Origin: Antedon mediterranea | Lineage: Eukaryota; Animalia; Echinodermata | Assembly (NCBI RefSeq): GCF_964355755.1 | Contig: NC_092674.1 | Span: 15,252,001-15,316,000, forward strand | DNA: 64,000 nucleotides | Reading direction: 5' to 3' | Part shown: positions 38,001-53,000 of the stretch, one piece after another | Position numbering within the stretch: position 1 is the first letter of the stretch | How the letters are laid out: every line of letters starts with the position of its first letter | Position numbers and translations under genes: made by a program | The notes under the pieces: model-generated | The model's database searches: none | What the model saw: the letters and a program-made list of their open reading frames with translations, nothing else | Told to the model about the DNA's origin: nothing

Positions 38001-41000
38001 TCGCCTGCACAAAGTATCATCAAACTGATCACGTGTACTTGTGAAAATGAAGGTTAATCACACACATATAATTGCATATTATATGTATATTGTATATATT
38101 TGGGTAATATGAAAAAGTTTTACACAAGTTACCTTGTTTATCAGTCACTGGTATAAATGGTGATTGTGTTGGTCCAACATCACACATTTCAGCACATTCA
38201 CCCCCTTGCATAACTTGACCTTCAGGACATGCACATCCTTCAACACAAGTGTCTGGGCATTCCTTTGTGTTGTCACTTTTCTCTAGTAGTCGGAATTTAT
38301 TCTCACATGCATTACAAACACCAATACATGGTTTGTACTCTTGACAACCTTGGCATTGAACAGCTAAAAAACAAAATTAATAAATAATGATAATAGTGTT
38401 ATAACAAAACAAAAACCCTTAAATAATTTATTGATGAAACTATATTCTATCATTTTGATCAATTTATAGCTCGGACAAGTAAATAGAACAAGGCCATATA
38501 CATGACTGCAGTCGCATGCTCAAGTTAGTGTTTACCGACCAACCGACCGACCGACATAGTGAGCTGTAAAGTCCCGTTGCCCGCGACTAAAAACAGTGAT
38601 TCTTGTCAATTAAAAAAATATATCATAATAATGATACCTCATATGACCAAGCACATTCCCAGAGAGGTCTGAGTACAAAATTAGAAGTGGGAGTGGAGAT
38701 TGCATTAACCAAATTCATGTGCATTAAGTTTACAAACAAAGCTGTAACACACTGTGTTCAGTTTTTAAAGGATATTGTATTAGAATTAAGTCTTGTGAAT
38801 GTATAGTATAAAGTAATTCTAAAAAACTATTTTTCAAACTTACGACAAAGATATTGATTTCTCCAACTAATGGATACATTCATGGAACTACATTGATGGG
38901 CATAGGCAGAAATAGAAGTGCAAAGATTTTCACATTCAGCACCATCATTACAATTACAAGCATCGTTAACACACTGTTCCATGTATAGATCTGGTGATAC
39001 AACACTATGACATGGCCTAAAAATATCAGACTTCAACACTGAACATTTTCTTTGGGCCCACAATTCACGAAGTGGATAGAGGCTGCAGACACTTGGAACT
39101 TCTTCAACATCTGCACAATAACCAAATTGCTGAGGGATAAAGAAAATAATTAAGTTTACATACAAGATATATCAACACAAGCATCTATGTAGTGGTACCT
39201 AAATATAAATATAAAAATCCTGGTTATGAAAACTGTATTAGAAATATAAAATTTATGCAGCTATTAATAAAATGAAATAAATACCTTCCAACTTTGGCCA
39301 AACTCTACAGCTGAAGTTGCTGGTATTCCACCAGACCTCTTAGTAAAGTCATCATTTTGATTTCCATTAAAGTTACCGCAGAGACCTGACACCTATTAAT
39401 AGAATAATGAAATATATTATCTACCAAAACCTAATTAAGAAATAGCACAATCAAACTGGAAATACAAAACAAACAACAAAAGAGTAAAATGATAAACTTG
39501 TTGAGCATTTGTTCAAACAATGTCACAAAGTAGTGTAATGTTCTATTTTAGTATTTTTTCTTTCAATTTAATTTGTAAATCTAAAAAAAATATCAGACTT
39601 TCAAAAATCTTCTATATCTTTAGTGGATTAAAAGTAAGCAGAAATTAATTTTTTTTCTCTTAATTTAAACAGCATTATTTTGTATGCAATGATTGTATCT
39701 TTACCTGTCCTTTGTAATACGGGTCAAGTTTAACTTGGATCCAAGTGCCTTTGTTCCAAATAAGTGTAACACCAATGTTTGTATGGACAAATACATACAA
39801 GCCAACTTCGCTGACACGAATACGATCAGGATTTTTAGAAGTTAAATGTATGGGCTTCCCACGAATGAGGTGTACTTTGTTCTTGTTTTTTCCTGAACCT
39901 ACAAAGAAACATTTATTATAAATGGTTGGGTTCATTTGGGCGCAGTGTGTTGGACATTGGACTATATTGACTGTGAGATCGTGAGTTTGAATTGAAAGCC
40001 TGTCGCATTGCTTGTATCCTTAGGCAAGATACTTTACTTACGTTTGCCTCTCTCCACCCAGGTGTACAAATGGTTACCTGGTATCGGTCAAAACACAACT
40101 GCACTGATTACTGGCTGCAACATTATGGGAGTATGTTTCTAGGCGTGTTTAATCCCAAAATATTACTGAGTAATAATAAGCGCTTAGAAGATTTGTGTTT
40201 GATCCCAAAGTATGACAAGGTAATAATAAGCGCTTAGAGGCTTTGTGTTTGATCCCAAAATATGAATGGGTAATAATAAGTGTCATATAAGATCGACATA
40301 TTAATATTATTTATGTTTTTCGGTGGGCATGAAAAATTATGATAGGATTTCACATAAAATAATACAATTCTGCATTATTAAAAGACAAAGGAAATGAACA
40401 TACCAATAGTCAACTTGATAGATTTAGTGCATGTAACACCAGCCACACCACAAGGAACATTCTTAATCACAACTCTAAATGGTTCAAATCCATCTTCTTG
40501 TTTATTGTATAAATTTGTTGCAAGCTCATAATCACAGTCACCATGGAAGTCAAACTTTTTACCATCAAACGATGTAAAATGAGGGTCACCCCAGGCTGTA
40601 CAGATTCCTGTAAAATAAGTGTATAAATTGAAAATAATTAAAATTAATATTAAAATCAATAATTAAAACAAAGGCAGGACACACATTTAATGTTATGTTG
40701 TATGACTTCAGTTTTTCTGTATTATGAATTCTATGTATAGAATGTTGTCAGTAATTCTAGTCCTAGTTCCATTGACTATAATTTGATTTATACAGTACAT
40801 TGTCTATATGTTCATAAATAGTATGTATTCTCCATTGTTAATATAGAAAGCATACCTGGACATTCTTTCTGCTCACATTCCCAAGAATTACCAATACAGG
40901 TGCTGAAAAAAAAATAAACAACATTTAGACAATTGTGTTTTTTTTTCACCTATTGACACAAGCTAGGCCCAAGTATCTTTACTTTCACTGCTGGTTGAAA

Positions 41001-44000
41001 GGTCACTTCAGGCAAAAGTGGGATTTGTTCAAGGCTCTGGCCTTGGTTATAAACGTTAATACTTGAATTGACCATGTTACCATGTCTAGTACTATTCACA
41101 CACAAACACAAGAGAAATAAATGAATATCCTGATATTAATAACTTTTTAAAAGAATGATCTCATATGTTCTTACCATTTATTACATCCAATCATGATATC
41201 TTCGCCCTTCCTGTAGAGATTGCCACCATGTGGACATGGGCACTCCATAGGTGCTACACACTCATTTGAATTTTCATCAAAAACAAATCCATCTTTGCAG
41301 ACACAGTCTGGAATACATTGAGCTTGCCTCTGATCCTGGTAACTGCCCATATTGGCACAGGTCTTAACCTGGTTAGGTGCACAGGTTGAAAATTCCATGT
41401 TCTTACCACACTCTTCAGAACACTTCTCTTTCTCACATATAAATCGGCCATTTGTACATGTACTGAAATTAAAGAAGCACATTCAAGAGTAATTAAGAGC
41501 GGTCTAATTAATTATTTTAATAATTCAAACAAATTATAGATACATTTTTAATCCACATCCTCACATCAAGAAGCTTGTCAATTACAGGATGGATAAATAA
41601 TATGTTTATAAAGTAATATCCCTTTCACAACTGCATACATTTTTCCAACTTGTAAATATGCAAACCTGTGAGTGAGTTTCCTGGCATTAGGGCAGGGTTT
41701 GGAAGAAAGTCAGCACAATAAACTTTGCTACTAAACTAATGCATCATTTAAAAATGGTTATACAAAATATTGTTCTTACCATGGTCCACATGCACTCTGC
41801 AACACAAAACCTGGTGACTTGAGACCATTGTCTGATTGACAGGGACATTCTGATAGAGGAACACAATTAGAGCCATCTTTTGCTAGTACAAAACCCTCTG
41901 GACATGTACAACCAGAAACACAGCCAGACTGACATGGAAATCCACTAGACAAGGAAGCACATGATGTTGAACAGGTTGATGCACATTCCCTATAGACAAG
42001 ATCACCATCACAAGAAACAGCTGAAAAAGAAAATAATGTTGCGTATTAGGATATATGACTTTCCATAAAAACAATGTACAATATTAAGACCCATTTACAC
42101 TAGGACGATAACGATCCACGATAATAGATACGTATGTATTTTTCTTGTATGAAACAAAAGAAATCTAACATGTTTTCATCCTATAACTATAGGATAACCA
42201 TCTATGCTTCCTTTGATGAAAATTATATTTTCACACGTCCAATCAAATGACATCATGATTGATAAGAGCAATAACAATTAATTGAATTATTATCTATTGA
42301 TGACTTGTTTAAATTACATAGACTTTCATTAGGATTTAAGGTGTTGAAAGGTTACTGTCCCCATTCTTTCAATGAGTATATTAAAACTAGTGAAAGATGT
42401 CCGGGTAGGCTTTTACGTTGGAATTCGAAAGGCAATACTTTTCATAATTCTGTATTTGTTTCCTTTCCTAGACTATGGGAGCAAATACCAAATGACATAA
42501 AAGATTCACAAACAATTTCAATATTTAAGGCTGCTCTAACAAAACACTATATTTCATGTTATGTATAATTTATTTGTATTTTTCTTGTATATGGTTTTAT
42601 CTTTAACTGATTGTATTGTATGGAGTGAGTGCAGAATTTGTTTGGGCTTTAGCCTATTCTCATTCCTGGTTATTTTTACATTGATGACCGAATAAATATT
42701 ATTATTATTATTATTATTATTAACATCGTGACAATACAACAATTTTATTGTTTTTATTAATGATGACGTCATTTGATTAAGTTTTAAAATATTTTTATCA
42801 AAGACAGCATAAATGATTACCATATAGTTACAAAACAAAAACATTTCTAATTTCCTTTGTTTTATGTAAGATAAATGCATGCTTATTTATTTATCGTCGA
42901 TAGTTATCGTCTTAGTGTAAATGGGCCTTTAGACACACAAAACAATTTGCAAATCAATAATGTAAATAATTTCAAATCAAATTTGAACTGAAATAATGAG
43001 AGAGATTTAATGTACAGTATAATAATGCAGACATTTTGTGACTGTAAGTATTAGAAATTGATTCCTGAATCCTTCGTATACTTACTTTGATATTTGAAAG
43101 ATTTAGTTTTGCATGTATAAATTTAATCCAAAAAGAACATAAATGGCAACATAAGTCAAACATTGTAAGCTTACCGCATGATGAAACGTCTTCTCTCCAT
43201 TCAAGGATGACACCTTTTGCACTACAATCAGCAGCATATTGCTCAAGAATACTGCATCTACATTCTTCTGTCTTACAGCCACATACCTGTGCAACACAAT
43301 CATCATAGTACGACTTGGAGTTCAGTACTCCAAAACATCCTGATCAAAAGACACAAACAAAACATTTTATGTTTTACTGAAACAAATGCTAATCTTTACA
43401 AGGATTGTATTTCAGGCAGAATTCATTCATATTTCCTTTTGCTTGTAATGAACTCCACTTATTTTATAATTTACATTGTATGTCAATTTGGTAGTTTATC
43501 AAATGTCAAATACAAAATCCATATAAATATAATACTTAAAATAAATTAAAAAATGAAATTAAAAATTAATAAACTAACCTAAAAATGGACTGTCTTCATC
43601 AATTAAAACAGCACACTTCTCTTGAGCTAGTGGAATTTTTTGCTGATGTAACATGCAGAAATTGATGTGTGATTTTGGAGTTTCACAAAATGCTGACGTC
43701 TGCCATTTACTTGCAAAAGACTGAGCAGTTGTCTCAATATCCCCTGTAATAAAAATCCAACCGGATTATGAATTTTAAATTAAAAAACAGTATTCATTTA
43801 TTATTACAGCTCAAAATGTACAATAAAATCATAGTAAGAATACAAAAATCATTTTACTGTAAAATTGTACAAAAAAGAGAGCATAAGTTGAACACATTTA
43901 AAACAGAGCAACATTGACAATGAATACAACATATCTACAATTACAGTATAAATCCAAGGCAAATTACTGAAAAAAATGTCAATGCTGTGGGTATCAGTGG

Positions 44001-47000
44001 CTGGATCTCAATGGAGATACAAAATGACAATGCTGTGGGTATCAGTGGCTGGATCTCAATGGAGATACAAAATGACAATGCTGTGGGTATCAGTGGATGG
44101 ATCTCAAATGGAGATACAAAATGACAATGCTGTGGGTATCAGTGGCTGGATCTCAATGGAGATACAAAATGACAATGCTGTGGGTATCAGTGGATGGATC
44201 TCAATGGAGATACAAAATGACAATGCTGTGGGTATCAGTGGCTGGACCTCAATGGAGATACAAAATGACAATGCTGTGGGTATCAGTGGCTGGATCTCAA
44301 TGGAGATACAAAATGACAATGCTGTGGGTATCAGTGGCTGGATCTCAATGGAGATACAAAATGACAATGCTGTGGGTATCAGTGGATGGATCTCAATGGA
44401 GATACAAAATGACAATGCTGTGGGTATCAGTGGCTGGATCTCAATGGAGATACAAAATGACAATGCTGTGGGTATCAGTGGATGGATCTCAAATGGAGAT
44501 ACAAAATGACAATGCTGTGGGTATCAGTGGCTGGATCTCAATGGAGATACAAAATGACAATGCTGTGGGTATCAGTGGATGGATCTCAATGGAGATACAA
44601 AATGACAATGCTGTGGGTATCAGTGGCTGGATCTCAATGGAGATACAAAATGACAATGCTGTGGGTATCAGTGGCTGGATCTCAATGGAGATACAAAATG
44701 ACAATGCTGTGGGTATCAGTGGCTGGATCTCAATGGAGATACAAAATGACAATGCTGTGGGTATCAGTGGATGGATCTCAATGGAGATACAAAATGACAA
44801 TGCTGTGGGTATCAGTGGCTGGATCTCAATGGAGATACAAAATGACAATGCTGTGGGTATCAGTGGATGGATCTCAATGGAGATACAAAATGACAATGCT
44901 GTGGGTATCAGTGGCTGGATCTCAATGGAGATACAAAATGACAATGCTGTGGGTATCAGTGGCTGGATCTCAATGGAGATACAAAATGACAATGCTGTGG
45001 GTATCAGTGGCTGGATCTCAATGGAGATACAAAAAAAAGCAAAAAGCTAAATCAAAACAATAAAGTAAACAGCCAGAAAAGTTATCTTTAAATAACTTTT
45101 TTTAAAACAGTGAAACGAACTGCCACATTACATGTTTTCGGTTGATATTGAATGGAATTTTAATATATACACAATTACAGTATATATATTAAAATTCCAT
45201 TCAATATCAACCAAAAACATGTAATGTGGCAGTTCGTTTCACTGTTTAAAAAAAATTATTTAAAGATATATTGTCTCTCTAAAAAAACAATTATTTTAGA
45301 ATTATTTTGTTAAACATGCCATTTTAATAATAGTTATTTACTCTAAACAAAAATTGGAGCAAAAAAAACCCCCAATTATTTACTTGAAAATTTTAAGCAA
45401 AAATAGTAAACAGACAATACTTTTTGGTTAAATTTAACCATTCATTAATTAACCACTTTTTATAAGTGAAAACTTTCTATGGAAAAATAACTTCATTACA
45501 ATTGCAAATTGGCCTATTATATCTGATTTTCATGTTTCATGTATTTGAGGAGAATACATCATTAACATAATTAGTTATAACACAAATCAATTTACCTGAT
45601 CTTGTATAAAAATCATCTTCTTGGTTCTTGTTGAATGTACCACATAGACCGCATAGTTTATCTTGTAATGTTGGGGGAGCAAGTACTGTGACACGGTAGT
45701 TCTTACTAATTTCTACTTGAAGACCATTTGATAATGTAACCTACAAAACACAAGATTTGTAATAGTGACGAACAAATTTATGATCATGCAAATATCAATA
45801 AATGTTGTATATAATATTTCTGTTTTACGTATTTCTAACCCCTATGAATTAATTAAAATTGATAATAACAGTTTCTTTCATGAGAAAAATTGAATAGTAC
45901 TGATTGTAAGGAGTTTTTATCATATTAATGATTTAGAAATACTGTATACACAATTTTCGTATTTCATTGTTTGAGCAAATAATAAAATTTAAATTGAATA
46001 TATAATATAGAAGTATATTACAATAAATGTTCATAACTAACCTTTGTCACAGTAGTTGTTGGTGCTTCTATTAAAATACCATTAAAATCTGCTGGTAGTT
46101 TAGTGACACTCTCGTCATTGACTAAAACCTCGGAGCTGCGTACTCTTATACGTGTGGTAGCAACGGTTATGAGGACAGCACGAGTACACTTAGATCCGGT
46201 CTTGCTACAACCATAATTGTTTACATTTACAGAAAATTCTGCATCTTGATTTTGGCAGTAAGTGGTAAGGACGTACTCACAGTTACCAGAAACATCAAAA
46301 TATTTATCATCAAAGGATTTGAAATGATCATCACCAGCCAACCAACAACGAGCTAAAAATAGAAATGAGTTGTAGAGACTTTTACCATTCCAAATATATC
46401 ACTCGTGTATCATTCAACCAGAATTGACAAAGTTACATTGCAATATTTCTATACAAAGATCGAATGTTTTTTAATTGAATAGGGAGATTGTTTCGGCACA
46501 TGACACATAATTAACAAATGGCAAAAATACACTCAGGTATGTTATAACGAATACAAGTGCTACATATAACCAGGAAATAATAAAAATCAACCAGTTCTGT
46601 ACATCCTACCTTGAGGAAATAGGCAGGAAAATGATTAAATGAAATTGATTCTAAACATTTACTAAAATAAAGTGAAGGGTAGTGAAAATCTTACCTGTAG
46701 AGTCAAAGTCAGAACAATTCCATTTTCCATCTGTGCAAACACTGTTTAAAAGAAAAAAATTCTGTTAATAACTAAGAAACAATAGTAAACATAAATTAAT
46801 AAAAATGAGTCAATTAATTAAATATTATTCTGAACATTTAATTTCCCAATAGAAAAAAAGAGATGATATGATATCAGGAGAAGCTTCTTTACAAGAAACA
46901 CAAACAACAAATAGAATCCAATCAGCCACACAGCACACTACCTTGACATCTCAACATAGAATGCAAATTGTCTATTTTAAGTGGACTAATACAATTTCTG

Positions 47001-50000
47001 GAATAGTTCAAAGCTTTCACTAAAACATGAGCAATATTTTACATAATAATTGACATTACCATAACAATAAATATCAAAAATTAAGGGGGACTTTACCCAT
47101 CAGAATGTAAAAAGTGGACACATTACTGTTTTTGATGTGATAAAAATATGTTAACTATTAAATGTTTGGACGTTGGCAGAGCATAGCCTGAATTGCTGTT
47201 ATCCTTTGTTTTCCATTCTGATATGTAAAGTTCTAAATTAAGATAATTAATTTAAAATAAGAAAGGTTACATACCATTGTGTATTACCATCCCACATGAC
47301 ACTGCCTGCTTGCATTTGTTGACCATCATATTCACATTGGCATTCGCTTGCAGTAATACACTTATTGTCCACTAACATGTGACCAGCTGGACAATGACAT
47401 CCTTCAATGCAGTAATCATTATCACAATCTATAACTTGATTTCCACACGTCTCAGAGCAAGTGCTTCCACACACTTGATACTCCATCCCTTTAGGACATT
47501 CAAATGCTGTTTAAACAGAAATAAAATTGTTTATTTAAGAATAAGTCATCAGTAAGCGGGGATGTACAATAAACTAAAATTACAAACAAGACATTCTATC
47601 TATAAAGACCTACTTGTACCTAAATAAAATTAAAGTTATCAATTCATTGTTGGTAGGGTATGTACACTTTGGTAGCGAAGCTTTCGGGTTTATAAATTTC
47701 AAAGAGTCTTTCAACAGAATGTATTTAAAAAGACTTACCACACAATTCAGGAGTTCTCCAGTCAACTACTTGCTGCTGCCATGCACAGGCACTTGCATAG
47801 GCTGAGAAGGCATCACAAGTACACTGTGACAGAACATCAGAAGTATCAGCATCTTTAGCTGAACGCTGAACACAATCACACAAGTACTCTACGCATGAAT
47901 TGATATATGGTGTTACATCTACTTTCTGCAAAACAATTTCAATAAATGGTTAAACAATTTAAAAGTACTAAATCTGAAATTTTGTAAGACATTAGTTTCC
48001 AAAGTATGAAAGAATTGGATAACATTTTACAAAAAATAAGGATTTTGGAGAGTTCCTGGTTTAAAGTTGAAACAGACACCAATTTGAATAATAACCATAA
48101 AAAATATTCAATACCTTATTGCAGCCTTCGAACACACCTCCTCGTAAGTAATTACAAGCGGATTCATAGTCCATCATTAAATTTCCGTTCAAACCATCAG
48201 TGCATAATTTACTTTCATCAAAACAAACTCCTATTAAGACAAAATGTACACTTTAAAACAAAATCAAACTTAATTTTTTTATATTAATACAGTGGATGAG
48301 AATGTTGATGCATTATAAACATATATTTTTGTAAACACTCACCTTCCTGGTCATCTGATTTCCAGCTCTTTCCAAACACCTCTACAAAGTTTACAATTGT
48401 TCCTTCAGGAGTTAAGAACTCATCTTCTTGATCTTCATTGAAATTGCCACAGAGACCACAAAGACTGTCAGAAAAATCTTGAGATGTCATATCTACACTG
48501 TAATGAGACATGCCATCCCAGATAACATTGAAGCCTATGTTACTTGAAACAACAACCCATCCAGAAACAAATTGTATTTCCAATCCATTCACAGAGCTTG
48601 ATTGAGTAAGGAAGTCGTCAACATTTTCATCTACAACAACAACAGCTTGCTCTCCTTCTTTACGTAATTGAAGATTCATCAAACCATTTTCTGTTTCGAT
48701 TTCGATGATTAATCGCTGATTGCAGTTTTCTTGGCCACATCGCTCGGTTGTCAAGTAGATGGTAAATGCACTGAATTCCTCGCAGTCTTTTACAAGTACA
48801 AGTTTGCAAGTACTGTCAAATATAAACTGTTTACCATCAAATGTCCTGTAATACTTCTGAGACCAAATAGTACAGTGACCAACTTTTGCTGTGGATAGAA
48901 ATTTGAGTGGCAAATAATTTAATGTTGATGATGTTAAGATAAGATAAGATAAGAATGTAAAAACGGAATAGTAGTCAATTGAACTATTTGTTTCTAGGTA
49001 AGCAGTCAATCAAGGTTAACTGGTTGAGAAGAAGAGTCAATTGAACTATTTGTTTCTAGGTAAGCAGTCAATCAAGGTTAACTGGTTGAGAAGAAGAGGA
49101 TTTATAAATTTTGATAGAAATCAGATTTGTTATTTATACAGAGTGGCACAAAAGTTTATTTAATACTGATGATGTGTACTAAATTAAAACAAGAATTGTA
49201 TACAAAATGTAATGGTAAACATTGAAAGAATTAATATTAGTCAACTAAACTAGGTTTCTAGGTAAGCAATCAATCAACTAAGTTGACTCATTGAGAACTA
49301 TATAATATTTATAGAAATATATCTGATTATTTACTTACGTGTAGGAACAAAAAAGATTGGTGTAGTTGTTGGTATAAATGGTTTGCCTACAACTGTAGTT
49401 GATATGGTAGATTTGAACTCGCCGGATTTGTCTGCAAAAAAAAAATAAACCTGGCATTACCACATTGTTTAAAACCTTATTGGTAACAAACTACTATCAA
49501 ATTTATAATTAATTATGATTTGTAATATGGCACTCTATGCATTTATAGAAATATCACAAAAATACTTGAATGAAAGAAATAAAATAATAAATTAAAATAC
49601 TCAAAAACATGTGTAAATTTGATATAAAAAATAAAAGACTGACTAAAAATCAAAGTACTACAAAATGAACATTTATTCTGGTTTTAGCAAAGAAAATATT
49701 GAAAAGGCAATTGTAAAAATAAAGAAAAGAAATTAATTAACTATCCTTAAACAATGTTGTGAGGTATTTTCCAGATTGATCGTAAAATCAAAACCGTACA
49801 CTGGGTATGATCATTTGGGAAAACACCTGTCTCCACAACATAAAAGCAATTGTAAAACAGTAGACATTAATACAATAAACAATTGTAACAGTCAATAATT
49901 AAAAGCTTTCAAGTATAAATACTTTGTTTTTGTAGTGTATCATTATAACAGGGTAGGGTGTTGATGTATCGGCCTATACAGTGTATCATTATAACAGGGT

Positions 50001-53000
50001 AGGGTGTTGATGTATCGGCCTATACAGTGTATCATTATAACAGGGTAGGGTGTTGATGTATCGGCCTATACAGTGTATCATTATAACAGGGTAGGGTGTT
50101 GATGTATCGGCCTATACAGTGTATCATTATAACAGGGTAGGGTGTTGATGTATCGGCCTATACAGTGTATCATTATAACAGGGTAGGGTGTTGATGTATC
50201 GGCCTATACATACCTATGCACTGGTAAGTATAGTTAAGGTCAACACACTTAGAGTTTGAAGAACATGGATTGCTTATACAGTCATTGACATCTGTAAAAG
50301 AAAAAATAAATAGATTAATGTAAGAGAGAATTTACTGTTATAACTATCTGGTTAAAATAAACTAATAAATAACTATGGCCGTACGCTAAACAATCAATAA
50401 GATATTCATAAAACGAGTTAAATTGAGTTAAGAACAAAACAATATAATTTTATTATTCTTTTAATATTTTTGCAATTAACATTTGAGTTTTAACAATAAT
50501 ATTGAATAATTCATTTACGTAAAACAAACAATACCCAGAATTGAATGGGATAAAGTTTAAAAACACTACAGTCTGTCAAATCAATGAAATAGTAATGTAG
50601 TTCATTAAAAACAATTATTATCAATACTAAGAGTAAGAATAATTGAATGTAACAAAATTAAATAAATGCATACATACCTAATACAAATGTTAAATTGAAT
50701 CCTGTGTTAACATTGACAAAGTCAGAATAAAAGTAAACCCAAACGTATCCACTATCAATTTCTATTGGTGCTGGTAGTTGCTCTCCTGAAAATTCATACA
50801 ACTTGGAGTTCCAGTCAAATGTCAACCCTTCCCCAATGACAAGATAATCAAAATCATCTTCAATGCCCAGATGGTTGAAAAATAGCTTTGTTGCCTGTGC
50901 ATCATCGGTGGCAATGATATAATAACATCGATGATTATTGGTGTAATTGTTGGGGTAGAATGGTGATGTTATTTCGCCCCTCGTTTCTCCATATTGGTAA
51001 TATCCACAGTTAGCTGTAGGCCAATCTCCTGACTCCCCTGAAAATCAAGATCAAAGTTTGTCAACAAAATCTCTCAGTCTTGATACCTAAAATCTGGTTT
51101 GTATTGTACAGTGAAAAGTATTTATATACTATATTATAGTACTAATATCATATATTATATATAAATACAATAGTTAGTTTTTTTGTAATTATAATTATGT
51201 TTAATTACAATGGTTGCAATTATCATTACTGACTGTGAACATGTCTATGCCATCATGAGATGGAGAGTTGGACAGAATCAATTTATTTCCTTTCATCATA
51301 AAATCATATATGGATATAACCTACGAAATAAAAAATATGACAACAAAAAAAACAACTCACCAATGTAAAACTCGCATAGTTTGCCATGGTAACCAAACTT
51401 GCATACACATAAAAAAGATGAATCATCTCCAAGACAATCACCAGAATTCTTGCAGGGGCAATCTGATACCTCTTGAGTGGCTATGATCCAAATAAAATTA
51501 TTTCTTATTTCTAACGCAATTCTTAATTATTTTAAGGAATACAGGAAAAAAATTGCTTTGATTATAAATGAAGCAACACAAACAGTATGACATTTTCTTA
51601 TGTAACTTACCTTCACGTTTAGATCTTGTTTGTTTACGACCAGCTATTATTAGCTCCTAAAATAAAGAAGATATAATAATTGACAAAACATTATAATAAT
51701 AATAATAACACATTTTACATGCAAACAAATTACTACATTAATTAAAATAGATATTAAAAAGAGAGAATGGGTTCACTAACACTACATTAGTTTACTGCCT
51801 CTCTGCTGGGCATTGTTGACGGTTCAATACAAGTAACGAAATACAAAAGGTCTAACAAAAGTAGGCCTACTAAGCCTACCTAGTACTACTTGTATTTGTA
51901 GAGCTTATGCCTATTACTGAGCTAAACCTCTGCTGAATGGAGTGAAGACACTGTATTTTAAGGGTATTTAATGTAAACAAAAGATCAGAGACGAATCACA
52001 AAAAAAGCATGCTATATTATTATTATTATTTTTAAAGGCGCTTACTCAACCATAACATACATTAATTCACCTAAACTATAGAGGGCGTTAAAACTGAGAG
52101 AGAGCCTGGGAGAGAGCTAAGGCAGCCGGCTTAGAGAAGTGAAGAAGAAAAATATTAACACTCTATTTACTAAATTTAGTATTTCAAAGCATGGGGTTAT
52201 AATGTTATAACTCCATGTTCAAAGTAGCAATTCAGCAGATATATTAACGGTCCGTGATCGTGGTCCCGATATAAAAATAACTCGCATAATTTAAATATTT
52301 TATTTGTTCATTTATGATTTAAAAATGAATTTCCCTCACAACATAAACAATAATAAATAAATATAAAAATAAATACATTTTAACCAACCCCATTTTTCTG
52401 ACAGACAAGTAGACTTATTGCTTGCATTAAATTACAGTTTTTCATGTAAATAATTTGGTTTTCGATCTAAATGGTCAAATTGAATAACTATTAGGATATA
52501 TGCAACACGGAATGCAACACATTCATAACAGATTTCAAGGGACAATATGTCTTTAAATTTCTTTATTATTTACAGATACAGTAGACTAGTCACGGACAAA
52601 ATAAAAAATTGTTTCACAAGGCTCATGGGTTCAAATATATTCATGTTAATATCTTTTAGTTTAAAATATTGGTTTTATAAGGAGTCATCAAATTAATTAA
52701 AACATCACCAAATATAATATATATTTGGAATAGAATGTGTTTCTGTGTACTATTTATGAAAACATTATATTATCTGATTTTGGAAAATATATAATGTAGG
52801 GAAGTAATGCAATGTTAACGCGATGATTAAAACATTTTTTAAACCATTTTTTTACATCAAAATCTGTCTAAAATTTTTGTTTAAATGCAATTAAGGAGCC
52901 GCAATAGATCGTATTTTGTATAATTGTTATACTTAGGCCTACACTGGTGAGGCTTGATTATAATTGATATTTAGGAGGAATAGCAATAATTATATTAATA

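Noticed and set aside
43974-45063. Repetitive ORFs ([48 protein letters not shown])
   Set aside because: By-products of a stop-poor 48-bp unit. They are open in several frames, broken by 1-bp insertions, and lie within a mucin intron whose flanking exons join in frame.
49742-49830. Possible extra mucin exon completing the second EGF
   Set aside because: The frames tried after the candidate AG hit stops and lack the EGF pattern. Exons 50214 and 49431 already join in phase.
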